Below are positions 1-8,860 of a DNA stretch of 60,553 nt, one piece after another (the first letter of the stretch is position 1; each line of letters begins with the position of its first letter). The stretch is taken from the NCBI GenBank assembly GCA_016181895.1, contig JACOYL010000010.1:1-60553 (forward strand). Reading direction: 5' to 3'. The stretch comes from Candidatus Pacearchaeota archaeon. Lineage in GTDB: Archaea > Nanobdellota > Nanobdellia > Pacearchaeales > GW2011-AR1. The position numbers were made by a program, and so were the translations under genes. Under the pieces are notes generated by a model. It had not been told where the DNA came from. It was given only the letters and a program-made list of their open reading frames with translations, and ran no database searches.

Positions 1-50
1 TATTGAAAAAAATAAACCTGAATTAAGAGGAACATTCAGATGAAATTAAA

Positions 51-203
51 ATGATTCCTTTAAAATGTGGATGCGCCATCAAAGACGATGGAACATTCGT
101 CCTCGGAGAAAGATGCAAATATTGCCTAGAATGCAACACGATTTCCGAGATGCATCCCTTTACAGAGAAAAGATTGGATGACCTTGGATTCCACAACCCT
201 TAA
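51..203 (+). CDS. small Cys-rich hypothetical protein (50 aa)
   Basis: Hand translation MIPLKCGCAIKDDGTFVLGERCKYCLECNTISEMHPFTEKRLDDLGFHNP; followed by a T-rich tract; not in the ORF track. Confidence 0.5.
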   Translation: MIPLKCGCAIKDDGTFVLGERCKYCLECNTISEMHPFTEKRLDDLGFHNP

Positions 204-257
204 AAACCATTTTTTCGTTTTTTTCTAAATTTTTATATTTTAAAGAGGTGAAAAAAA

Positions 258-371
258 TTGCTGGCTTGGAACGGAGAGCATTATGTTTGCCAAAAACATG
301 AGATGGAAAGATATTATAGCCATGTTTTAAAGGGATGGGTTTGTGTGGAATGCGAGATGGAAAAGAAATAA
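258..371 (+). CDS. small putative Zn-binding protein (37 aa, TTG start)
   Basis: GAGGTG SD 7 nt before TTG; MLAWNGEHYVCQKHEMERYYSHVLKGWVCVECEMEKK with CxxH...CxxC. Confidence 0.5.
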   Translation: MLAWNGEHYVCQKHEMERYYSHVLKGWVCVECEMEKK

Positions 372-401
372 GTTTTTAAATAATCAAATTTACGAGATTG
401 C

Positions 402-1136
402 ATGAATAAGTATCTTTTATTTTTGGGAATTTTTCTTTTAATGAATGTTGTAAGCGCGGAACAAGTCTGTCAAACCTACGATGATTTTTCTTCAGGAGTT
501 TTGGATGAAAGTAAATGGGAAGTTCGCCAAGACATAGAAGGTCAACCTCTTATGGATGAATATGGTGTTAGATTAGAAGACGGAAATTATCTTTTCCACA
601 CACAACAAAATACTAGCGGAGATAAAAGAGTTTACTTAGTGCCAAAATATAAGTTTGGAGTTGGAGATATATTGGAGTATGATGTTAGCATGAATTCTGG
701 TGCAAATGTAAATTTATTAGTCGGGGGTTCGTGTAGCAGATGTGCCTTCGGAATTATTCCAAGTTCAGTGGGCAATCATCATGTTGCTGTTATTTTTAAC
801 TCAGATCAGATTGCAGTTGAGGTTGACAATAATTTTTTAGGGAATGCTCCAATTGGTAGCACAGAGCATGTGCACGATTTATACGTAGGTGCTATGTTTG
901 GTAATCATATCGATTTCGATAATTTTGTGATTTGTTCGGAACAAACATCCCCATCGCAAAATGATTTGGAACAAAGAATAACTGAACTTGAAAAAAGAGT
1001 CCAAGAGTTGGAAAATAGAACATCTTCACTTGAATCGCTTGTTTCCAATTTTCAGGAAGCATTGGATAACTTTATAGAAAAAGTTGAAAGTTTTATAAAA
1101 AAACTGCCTAAGGGACTGAGAAAATCTTGGAATTAA
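402..1136 (+). CDS. secreted beta-rich (lectin/ConA-like) protein with C-terminal coiled coil
   Basis: N-terminal signal peptide; beta-strand pattern ending DFDNFVIC; heptad LEQRITELEKRVQELENR. Confidence 0.7.
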   Translation: MNKYLLFLGIFLLMNVVSAEQVCQTYDDFSSGVLDESKWEVRQDIEGQPLMDEYGVRLEDGNYLFHTQQNTSGDKRVYLVPKYKFGVGDILEYDVSMNSGANVNLLVGGSCSRCAFGIIPSSVGNHHVAVIFNSDQIAVEVDNNFLGNAPIGSTEHVHDLYVGAMFGNHIDFDNFVICSEQTSPSQNDLEQRITELEKRVQELENRTSSLESLVSNFQEALDNFIEKVESFIKKLPKGLRKSWN

Positions 1137-1861
1137 TCCATTAATTTTCTCACTTTCCCGAAATTCAAGGTTTTCCCGTCGTCTGAAATCGCATGAACTT
1201 CGAAATTTTTCAGCTCTGAATTTGGAATTATTGAAAATCCTTCTCTCTCATAACCATCTTCATTTACAGGAGTTCCTTCGATTATTCCGAAAAAGCTTGG
1301 AACAATAATAATTTCTTTTTCTTTAAATTTTCCTGTGAGAAAACATTTGTATTTTTCTCTCTTGATATTCGCCTTGTCTGACAAAGTTACAGACGGATGC
1401 AGGTGCCCTAAAACCCATGTTTCAACTCTTTCATCATTAATTTGCTGAAAATCCATGTGCCCGTGAAAAAACATAATTCCTTTATTGAAATAATAATTCT
1501 TCATTTTCTTTCCCGCGAAATCAAACTTGTCGTGATTTCCTTTAACCAAAATAATGTTGGAATCTTTTACATATTGTCTGAGAAAATCCAAGATTTTTTC
1601 AAAGTTGAATTTCTCTTTCCATTCATAGTTGAAATAATGCTTTATGTCGCCGAGAAAAACGATTTTTTTTAGTCGGAATCCAAAGTTTTTTATTTCTTCA
1701 ATTATTTTTCTCAAATCCTCGATTATCTCCTTGACTTGCATTTCTGGAACCAAGATTCCAGATTCAATCAATGATTGCTCGTAGCCGACATGCAAGTCTC
1801 CGATTGCCAAAATCCCATGCTCCGGGAAAAACACGGATTTTGAGATGAAGATGTGATTCAT
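1133..1861 (-). CDS. calcineurin-like metallophosphoesterase (Lhr-associated type)
   Basis: DLH, GD, GNHD, FHGH, GHLHP motifs. Confidence 0.9.
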   Translation of the reverse strand: MNHIFISKSVFFPEHGILAIGDLHVGYEQSLIESGILVPEMQVKEIIEDLRKIIEEIKNFGFRLKKIVFLGDIKHYFNYEWKEKFNFEKILDFLRQYVKDSNIILVKGNHDKFDFAGKKMKNYYFNKGIMFFHGHMDFQQINDERVETWVLGHLHPSVTLSDKANIKREKYKCFLTGKFKEKEIIIVPSFFGIIEGTPVNEDGYEREGFSIIPNSELKNFEVHAISDDGKTLNFGKVRKLMD

Positions 1862-1911
1862 GAAAAATTAATTATATAAATGTTTAAAAAGATTAACTTG
1901 TAGATTAAATC

Positions 1912-2226
1912 ATGGTTGCTAATCCCGCCGGACCTGTTCCAAAAGAAAGAAGATATGTTGTTCATTACATGGATGGAAAAACTGAAGAATTAGACCCGCA
2001 AAGAATTATCTCTTATGATTATTTAGATGGACATATTAACATTAGTGGTGTTGGTCCATCAGAAGATTATATGGTTTCTCTAGTAGCAAAAAGAGAACCT
2101 ATTCTTGTATCTAAGGAGAAATTTTCATCAAAAATAGAAAGGATAATAAATATGGAAAATGTCAGATTTGTTAGAATTTCTGAAGAATTCCCAAACAAAC
2201 CTTACAAAACTATAGGGGGTAATTAA
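1912..2226 (+). CDS. hypothetical protein
   Basis: 104-aa ORF divergent from the phosphoesterase; no recognised motif. Confidence 0.6.
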   Translation: MVANPAGPVPKERRYVVHYMDGKTEELDPQRIISYDYLDGHINISGVGPSEDYMVSLVAKREPILVSKEKFSSKIERIINMENVRFVRISEEFPNKPYKTIGGN

Positions 2227-2273
2227 CTTTTAGTCTCCTTCAATCTCTGCAATACAATTTCTGCGCAAATCCG

Positions 2274-2552
2274 TTAAAGTCTTTTCCTGTAAATATTGTC
2301 ATGATGGTCAAAATCCTCGAACGAAATAAGATTTTTACTTTTATCAAATTTAAAAACCAAAACAAAATGTCCTGCATGAATTCTTTTAAATTCCTTTAAA
2401 TCATGCCTTAAATTTTTGTAATGTTCAACGCTTTCAGAATTGACAATTTCCTCAATTTTTTTGATAACCTGCCTGTATAATTCCCTGTTCTTTTTGGAAA
2501 GTTTGTCCAGAATTCTTTGAAATTTTTCTGAATACTCAAATAAGTAAGGCAT
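2274..2552 (-). CDS. RelE/ParE-family toxin
   Basis: 92 aa; YLFEYSEKFQRILDKL...KRIHAGHFVLVF...DFDHHDNIY; coupled to an upstream small gene. Confidence 0.85.
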   Translation of the reverse strand: MPYLFEYSEKFQRILDKLSKKNRELYRQVIKKIEEIVNSESVEHYKNLRHDLKEFKRIHAGHFVLVFKFDKSKNLISFEDFDHHDNIYRKRL

Positions 2553-2553
2553 T

Positions 2554-2793
2554 TTATCCTTCTATTTGTCTTCTTAAATCATTAATGTCCTTGAAAGGGA
2601 TATGTTTTCCTTTGCTGATTTTTTTCAGCTTTTCCAAATATTCCGGTCTTAATTCTGGTTCTAGAAAACTTTCTTCGTATATTTTTGCAATCATTGCGAC
2701 TGCCTGCGACTTGTTTTTAAATCCGTATTTGGCTTTCACTATGTTTAGAATTCTATCCTCGTCTTCTCCTATATCAATTATGCTTTGGACCAT
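2554..2793 (-). CDS. antitoxin (DUF2683-like)
   Basis: MVQSIIDI...ILNIVKAKYGFKNKSQAV; stop-A-ATG junction to the toxin. Confidence 0.75.
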   Translation of the reverse strand: MVQSIIDIGEDEDRILNIVKAKYGFKNKSQAVAMIAKIYEESFLEPELRPEYLEKLKKISKGKHIPFKDINDLRRQIEG

Positions 2794-2870
2794 TTTACTT
2801 TATTATACTTTATAATGAATTATAATATTTATAAATTTATTGATTTTCATTGAGAAATCATGTTCTGTTT

Positions 2871-3695
2871 TCATCGTAAATAACCCGCATTTCTAAGATT
2901 TCTTTTAATTCTTTTTTCACTATTATCTTTTTCAGGAACAAATTTTGTTCCGATGACGGCTTCATAAAATCTCGCATATCTTGAGAATAATTCTGATTTT
3001 ACATCCTCTGGAATTTCAGGAATTGCTCCGTTTCCTGAGTATCCTCTTTCTTTTAGCCACGTCCTCAAAAATTCCTTGTCATATTGTCCTTTTGTCCTTG
3101 AAGAATCCGGTGTATGAATTTCATCTATAAGAACTAATTTTCCGTCGGCACCTCTAGCAAATTCATATTTGGTGTCCAAGAGCGTGAATTCTTCGCCTTT
3201 GCTCAGTGTTAAATTTTTTCCAAAATTAAACAATTCAAGGGCTTTGTATTTGATTTCTTCGTATTCTTTTTCCGTCAATACCCCCGTCCCAATAATTTCT
3301 TCTTTGGTTATTGGTTGGTCGTGAAAACCTTTTGCGGCTTTTGTAGTTGGGGTTACAATCGGCGTTTCAATTTCTTTCCAAGAATTATCTGGCCTTCTTA
3401 TGTGTCCCCTTACAATAATTTCCAAAGGGATGGGATTGCATCTTTTAACGACTAAAGTGTTTGGGTCTGGAACTTCAATTAAATGATTTTGAATTATGTG
3501 TTCTGTTTCTCCAAACCAAAAAGCCGAGAGTTGATTTAAAATTTGCCCTTTGCAAGGAATTGTGCCAAGCACAACATCAAATGCGGAAATCCTGTCTGTG
3601 GTAATCATGATAATTTTATCTTCCAGAAAATAAGAGTCTCTCACTTTCCCTTCGTGTTTTTTTCCAATATCTAAATTTGTTTTTTCAAGATTCAT
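2871..3695 (-). CDS. purC: SAICAR synthase (compact form)
   Basis: GKVRD, TDRISAFD, TPTTKA, DTKYEF, DEIHTPDSSR motifs; start reassigned to ATG 3695, overlapping the lhr stop. Confidence 0.9.
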   Translation of the reverse strand: MNLEKTNLDIGKKHEGKVRDSYFLEDKIIMITTDRISAFDVVLGTIPCKGQILNQLSAFWFGETEHIIQNHLIEVPDPNTLVVKRCNPIPLEIIVRGHIRRPDNSWKEIETPIVTPTTKAAKGFHDQPITKEEIIGTGVLTEKEYEEIKYKALELFNFGKNLTLSKGEEFTLLDTKYEFARGADGKLVLIDEIHTPDSSRTKGQYDKEFLRTWLKERGYSGNGAIPEIPEDVKSELFSRYARFYEAVIGTKFVPEKDNSEKRIKRNLRNAGYLR

Positions 3696-6297
3696 CCTCA
3701 ACTCCCAATTTTCCAAACCATTTCTGCGCAATCACGCGAACATGCTCCTCGTGCATTCTCCTTAAAAAATCCTGCCTGTCTTCGATTCTTATCAAATCGC
3801 TGTATCCTTGAAGAATAAGATTTGACGCAAACGGGCTTGGAACTTCTGTTTCAATGATCTTTGTTTTTACTTTTCCTTCCTTAATCCAGGCCAGGACTTT
3901 TTTCGCGTTTTCAATGTCCATCAAATCCTCCAAAACCTCCCTTCTCGCCTCGCGCAAAATCGGAAATTCGTTTGTTATCTTTTTTACGGCGTGCAAAAGA
4001 AAATGACTTTTCATCTGCTGTTTTCCGACTGTTTTGCTTCTTCCCTTGTAATTTCTCAAAATCATCAAGGCCCTTGAAGCGCAGTGCCGGAATCTGCGAG
4101 TCAAGACGTCTGTTTTTTCAATTGCTTCATTTAAAATCTCCGGAAGATTCTCGGGAGTCAAATATTCCAAAGGCGTTTTTATCTGCAGTCTTTCTCCGGC
4201 TATGTAAAACCCATTATCATTGATTCCTATCTCAATGTCCCTTCCGCCAAGCCTTCCAATCAAAAATCCAAAAGCCCTTGACAAAACGTCATTTACTCTT
4301 CTTCCGTAAGCGCTGTGAAAAATAAGAAAGTTTTTTTGCGATTTGTATTTCTCGACAATCATCAAATCCTCATGGGGAATTTCCAAAAACCTGTGTTGCT
4401 CCTCGAAATAATTGTAAATCGTTTCAGCCGTGTGTTCTTTTACATAAAGATGCTTCATGATGAATTCAATTGTTTTTTTCTTCGGTTTTTCGGAATCCAA
4501 TTGCTCATGCATCAGTTTCCTGAATTTTAAAATTTCAAGCCCCGAATCAAAACTCAAAGGAAGCATTTCACTGAACCATGAGGGGATTGTCGGGGACAAA
4601 TGTTCTGCGCTGTTTACATAAAGATTCATTCCTTTTGTGTATCTGTAAATGTATTTTTTTCCTCCAAGAACAAAAACATCACCCCGTTTCATTCTTTCCA
4701 TGAAACTTTCGTCGATGAACCCGATTTGCTCGTCCGGATGGATTTTTACGGTAATGAAAGACTCGTCCGGAATCGTGCCGATGTTTGTCAAGTAAAGGAC
4801 ACGAGCCAATTTTCCCTTTTTTCCGATTTGCTTTGTTTCTTTGTCGTACCATATTTTTCCGTAAACGTTGTTTTTTTCAAGGGCATAATCTCCGGACAGA
4901 TAACTGATGACGTCAAGAAAATCGTTTCTCGTCAGTTTTGAATAACAATAGCTTTTTCTTGTCAATGCAAACAATTCATCAATGTCCCAGATTTTATAGA
5001 TTGCCATGCCGAAAATTTGCTGGCTCAAAACATCAAGGCAGTTTTTCGGAAAAGTGATTTTGTTTATTTTTCTTTCAATCATTTCTTTCTGTATTACACT
5101 ACACTCTACCAAGTCGTCCCTGTCTGTTACTATGAATCTTCCCTTTGCAGTGTCATGAAGTTTGTGCCCTGCTCTTCCAAGTCTTTGCAATGCCCTCGCC
5201 GAAGATTTTGGAGAGCCAATCATTATGACCAAATCAATATATCCTATGTCAATTCCCAATTCCAAACTCGTGGAGCAAACAACAACCTTCAATTTTCCCT
5301 GTCGCAATCTTTCCTCTATGTCAAACCTGTGGCTCTTGCTCAGCGAAGAGTGATGCGCCGCAATATTGTCGTCGCCGTATTCTGTTGGAAACCTGGATTT
5401 GAGATGATTCACAACCCTTTCCGTCGCAGAGCGCGTGTTCGTGAAAATCAATGTTGTCCTGTGTTTTTTCAGAAGAGCATCAAGGAGATTGTACAAATTC
5501 CCTGTGATTTCGGTGTCTTCAATCAAATCCTCTACAGGAGTTAAAACATCAATGTCTATTTTTTTGTCCAAAGGCACGCGGATAAATTTCACTTTTCTTT
5601 CTTTGCTTTCGCCAACCAAATATCGCGCAACCTCTTCCATCGGTTCTACTGTTGCTGAAAGCCCGATTTTTGCCGGAAATATTTTCGATACCTCATTCAA
5701 TCTTTCCAAAGTCAAGGAGAGATAAACACCCCTCTTGTTGTCCAATGCGTGAATCTCATCAACAATGCAAAATTCAACGGCTTTCATTTTCTCGACGAAA
5801 TTTTTTGATGTAAGAATTATTGCCAACGACTCAGGGGTTGTTACAAGAATGTGCGGCGCTTTTCTGAGCATTTTCGCCCTCTCGCTCGTCGTTGTATCTC
5901 CTGTTCTTAATCCAACACGAATTTGCTGAAGTTTTATTCCTTTTTTTTCCGCAAGCGCATATATTTCTTCCAAAGGCTCGACGAGGTTTTTGTGGATGTC
6001 ATTGCTCAATGCCTTCAAAGGACTTGTGTAAACCGCGTAAACTTTTTCCTCGAGCTTGTTTTCCTCGGCAAGAAAAACGAGATAATTCAGGATTGAAAGA
6101 AAAGCAGTGAGTGTTTTCGTCCCCCCTGTGGGAGCCGAGATTAAAATATTGTTCCTGTTCCAGATTTCATAAACCCCGTAAAGTTGAGTCAAGGAAAATT
6201 TATTGAATTTCGAAAAAAACCATTCTTTAACAAGAGGATGCAATATTTTCTTTGTCTCTGCGTTACCGTATTTTTTTCCTTCTGTTATTGTTGTCAT
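3685..6297 (-). CDS. lhr: ATP-dependent helicase Lhr (Lhr-core)
   Basis: APTGGTKT, PLKAL, DEIH, GLSAT, TSLELGIDIG, QRLGRAGH, IPSWFSE. Confidence 0.95.
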   Translation of the reverse strand: MTTITEGKKYGNAETKKILHPLVKEWFFSKFNKFSLTQLYGVYEIWNRNNILISAPTGGTKTLTAFLSILNYLVFLAEENKLEEKVYAVYTSPLKALSNDIHKNLVEPLEEIYALAEKKGIKLQQIRVGLRTGDTTTSERAKMLRKAPHILVTTPESLAIILTSKNFVEKMKAVEFCIVDEIHALDNKRGVYLSLTLERLNEVSKIFPAKIGLSATVEPMEEVARYLVGESKERKVKFIRVPLDKKIDIDVLTPVEDLIEDTEITGNLYNLLDALLKKHRTTLIFTNTRSATERVVNHLKSRFPTEYGDDNIAAHHSSLSKSHRFDIEERLRQGKLKVVVCSTSLELGIDIGYIDLVIMIGSPKSSARALQRLGRAGHKLHDTAKGRFIVTDRDDLVECSVIQKEMIERKINKITFPKNCLDVLSQQIFGMAIYKIWDIDELFALTRKSYCYSKLTRNDFLDVISYLSGDYALEKNNVYGKIWYDKETKQIGKKGKLARVLYLTNIGTIPDESFITVKIHPDEQIGFIDESFMERMKRGDVFVLGGKKYIYRYTKGMNLYVNSAEHLSPTIPSWFSEMLPLSFDSGLEILKFRKLMHEQLDSEKPKKKTIEFIMKHLYVKEHTAETIYNYFEEQHRFLEIPHEDLMIVEKYKSQKNFLIFHSAYGRRVNDVLSRAFGFLIGRLGGRDIEIGINDNGFYIAGERLQIKTPLEYLTPENLPEILNEAIEKTDVLTRRFRHCASRALMILRNYKGRSKTVGKQQMKSHFLLHAVKKITNEFPILREARREVLEDLMDIENAKKVLAWIKEGKVKTKIIETEVPSPFASNLILQGYSDLIRIEDRQDFLRRMHEEHVRVIAQKWFGKLGVEDES

Positions 6298-6737
6298 CTT
6301 CTTTGTATAAGTTTTAATAATTGACTAGCAAATTCATCACAAAATTTTTCTTCTTCAATATTTTTTGTGATTATACTTTGCTTAAGTAATTTTATTTTAC
6401 TCTTTCTATCATAAAAAAAAGAATGTCCTATTTCATGCGCAATCCGCATATATCTCTCTTCATTGGAATTTCCACTAACATAAGAATCTGCTAAAATCAT
6501 AAATTTATCATTATCGTAACCAGGAAAAAGTAATGCTTCAAATCCTCCATTAACCGCTTCCAATTTTGTTAGTTTTACATTAAATCTTCCTAATCCATAC
6601 ATCACTGCGAAAGCCTCTTCGGTTTCTAAATCTTTTAACCTACATGATTTGTAAACTAGGTCTGCAATTTCTCTAGCCCTTTCTAAAGAAGGAACTTGGG
6701 CAAGTTCAACTCTTGGCCATTCACTTGAAGTTGTCAT
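6294..6737 (-). CDS. ImmA/IrrE-family (DUF955) Zn metallopeptidase
   Basis: R..IAHEIGH and EE.FCDEFASQLL motifs; ATGA overlap with lhr. Confidence 0.8.
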   Translation of the reverse strand: MTTSSEWPRVELAQVPSLERAREIADLVYKSCRLKDLETEEAFAVMYGLGRFNVKLTKLEAVNGGFEALLFPGYDNDKFMILADSYVSGNSNEERYMRIAHEIGHSFFYDRKSKIKLLKQSIITKNIEEEKFCDEFASQLLKLIQRR

Positions 6738-6852
6738 ATTAGGATTTTCAGGATTTTGTTTAATAAACTATCTGTTGATTGCCTCTGCAAAAAACCACTC
6801 TGCAATAGTTATAAAACTTTAAATACTTCTTTCTTTCATAGATTAGGTTGAA

Positions 6853-6868
6853 ATACAATTTATAGTAA
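6853..6868. promoter_or_regulatory. NrdR box 1, overlapping a TTTATA TATA-like box
   Basis: ataCAAttTaTAGtaa resembles the acaCwAtATaTwGtgt consensus; 32 bp upstream of box 2. Confidence 0.65.
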
Positions 6869-6884
6869 TAAAAAGAGTGTGGAT

Positions 6885-6900
6885 ATACAACATATTGTAT
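6885..6900. promoter_or_regulatory. NrdR box 2
   Basis: ataCAAcATaTTGtat, inside a 22-bp palindrome GATATACAA-CATA-TTGTATATC (6882-6903), 13 nt before the nrdR ATG. Confidence 0.8.
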
Positions 6901-6913
6901 ATCGATTGAAACC

Positions 6914-7357
6914 ATGAATTGCCCATATTGCGGAAATACAAGTTTAAAGGTTACTGACAAGCGCCCTTATAACCGCGGAGAGGGGATAAGGCGAAGAAGA
7001 GAATGCCTGAAGTGCAGGAAAAGATTCACGACGCATGAAAAAATCGACCAGGGCGATTTTTACGTCATAAAAAAGGACAGTACTAGGGAAAAATTCAGCA
7101 GGGAAAAACTTGAACGCGGGGTTCAAAGGGCGTTTGAAAAGCGCCCGATTTCAAAGGAGCAGATTGAAAAAATGATAAACGAGGTTGAAGAGCAGTTGAG
7201 AAGAAAGGGAAAGAAGGAAATAAAGAGTTCTGTCATCGGGGAAATAATCATGAAGAAAATGAAAAAAATCGACAATGTGGCTTACATAAGGTTCGCCTCT
7301 GTTTACAGGAATTTTCAGGATGTTCAAGATTTTAAAAAAGAATTAAAGGAATTGTAA
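6914..7357 (+). CDS. nrdR: transcriptional repressor NrdR
   Basis: CPYC...[17 protein letters not shown] Zn ribbon plus ATP cone; AYIRFASVY. Confidence 0.95.
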   Translation: MNCPYCGNTSLKVTDKRPYNRGEGIRRRRECLKCRKRFTTHEKIDQGDFYVIKKDSTREKFSREKLERGVQRAFEKRPISKEQIEKMINEVEEQLRRKGKKEIKSSVIGEIIMKKMKKIDNVAYIRFASVYRNFQDVQDFKKELKEL

Positions 7358-7359
7358 AA

Positions 7360-8547
7360 ATGCTGCAGGAATTTGAAATACTCGACGATTGGGAAAAGGA
7401 AATTGTTTATGAAAAGCTTGACAAGGAAAAAGAAAAAACAATTGATTTGGAATTTGAAATCCTGGAAGAATGGGAAGAGGAATTGAATGACAGGTTGTAC
7501 GAGGAAAAACCTGTTTCTGCTTTGCAGGAATATGTTCCCGAGGTTTTTCACGAACAAAAAACTTTTCAAAGCGAGGAGGAACTTCAAAAAATAAGCCCCG
7601 ACAGGTTTGTTTTGTTTCCGATTGAAAACCACAAGATTTGGGAATTTTACAAAAAAGCGGAAGCCTCGTTTTGGACGACAGAGGAAATAGATTTGCATCA
7701 GGATTTGACAGACTGGAACAAATTGAACGAAAAAGAAAAGCATTTTCTCAAGCATGTTCTGGCTTTTTTTGCAGCCAGCGACGGAATCGTGACTGAGAAT
7801 TTGGCTGTGAATTTCATGAAAGACGTAACAAATCCCGAGGCAAGATGTTTCTACGGATTCCAAATTGCAATGGAAAACATTCACAGCGAAACCTATTCTC
7901 TTTTGATTGACACATACATAAGGGACAAGGAAGAGCAGGATTATCTTTTTAACGCGCTTGAAAACATTCCGGTAGTTAAGAAAAAAGGCGAGTGGGCTTT
8001 GAAATGGCTCAATGAAAAAAACACGACTTTCGCGGAAAGATTGATTGCCTTTGCCGCCGTCGAGGGAATTTTTTTCTCCGGAAGTTTTTGCTCGATTTTC
8101 TGGCTGAAAAAAAGAGGTTTGATGCCCGGCTTGAGTTTCAGCAATGAATTAATTTCCAGAGACGAAGGCATGCACTGCGATTTTGCGTGCCTGCTTCACA
8201 GCATGCTTAGAAATCCGACAAACGAAAAAAGAATAAAGGAAATAATCGACGAAGCCGTGAAAATAGAAAGGGAATTCGTCACTTCCGCCTTGCCTGTTGA
8301 TTTGATTGGAATGAACAACAAGCTCATGGCGCAATACATTGAATTCGTCGCCGACAGATTACTGGTTGCGTTGGGATGCACAAAAATTTATAATTCGTCA
8401 AATCCGTTTCCGTGGATGGAACTTATTTCCCTCGAAGGAAAAACAAACTTCTTCGAAAAAAGGGTTTCAGACTATCAAAAAGCAGGAGTGATGGAAAAAA
8501 ACAAGGAGGTGTCTGTGAAGGTATTTCGCCTGGACGAGAGTTTTTGA
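7360..8547 (+). CDS. nrdB: class Ia ribonucleotide reductase beta subunit with acidic N-terminal extension
   Basis: [17 protein letters not shown] (radical Tyr), [23 protein letters not shown]. Confidence 0.95.
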   Translation: MLQEFEILDDWEKEIVYEKLDKEKEKTIDLEFEILEEWEEELNDRLYEEKPVSALQEYVPEVFHEQKTFQSEEELQKISPDRFVLFPIENHKIWEFYKKAEASFWTTEEIDLHQDLTDWNKLNEKEKHFLKHVLAFFAASDGIVTENLAVNFMKDVTNPEARCFYGFQIAMENIHSETYSLLIDTYIRDKEEQDYLFNALENIPVVKKKGEWALKWLNEKNTTFAERLIAFAAVEGIFFSGSFCSIFWLKKRGLMPGLSFSNELISRDEGMHCDFACLLHSMLRNPTNEKRIKEIIDEAVKIEREFVTSALPVDLIGMNNKLMAQYIEFVADRLLVALGCTKIYNSSNPFPWMELISLEGKTNFFEKRVSDYQKAGVMEKNKEVSVKVFRLDESF

Positions 8548-8553
8548 TTAAAA

Positions 8554-8859
8554 ATGGAAATAAAAGAAACACAAGAAAAAGTGGATAAAATAATAAAACA
8601 GTATGGAGGATATTGGGAACCTCTATCAATGCTGGCTCGACTTGTAGAAGAAGTTGGGGAATTGTCCCGAGAACTGAACATAGAATATGGAGGCAAAAAA
8701 AAGAAATCTGAATCAGATGGAAGAGAAATCCAAAAAGAATTAGCAGATATAACATTCACTATTCTAGCAATTGCAAATGCACTTAAAATTGATTTAAATA
8801 AAGAAATAAATGAAAAAATAGAAAAAGATTTGCAAAGAAACAGGGGGATTTATTATTAA
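8554..8859 (+). CDS. MazG-like nucleotide pyrophosphohydrolase
   Basis: [13 protein letters not shown]...ELADI. Confidence 0.9.
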   Translation: MEIKETQEKVDKIIKQYGGYWEPLSMLARLVEEVGELSRELNIEYGGKKKKSESDGREIQKELADITFTILAIANALKIDLNKEINEKIEKDLQRNRGIYY

Positions 8860-8860
8860 A

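Noticed and set aside
2224-2273. Minus-strand coding-like stub RICAEIVLQRLKETKS* after relE, a possible displaced gene tail
   Set aside because: No match to the purC or lhr ends in this window; resemblance to other PurC termini is too weak
6772-6812. Stub IAEWFFAEAINR* and a CTCTGCAA direct repeat upstream of the ImmA-like gene
   Set aside because: Too short to assign as a gene remnant or an operator
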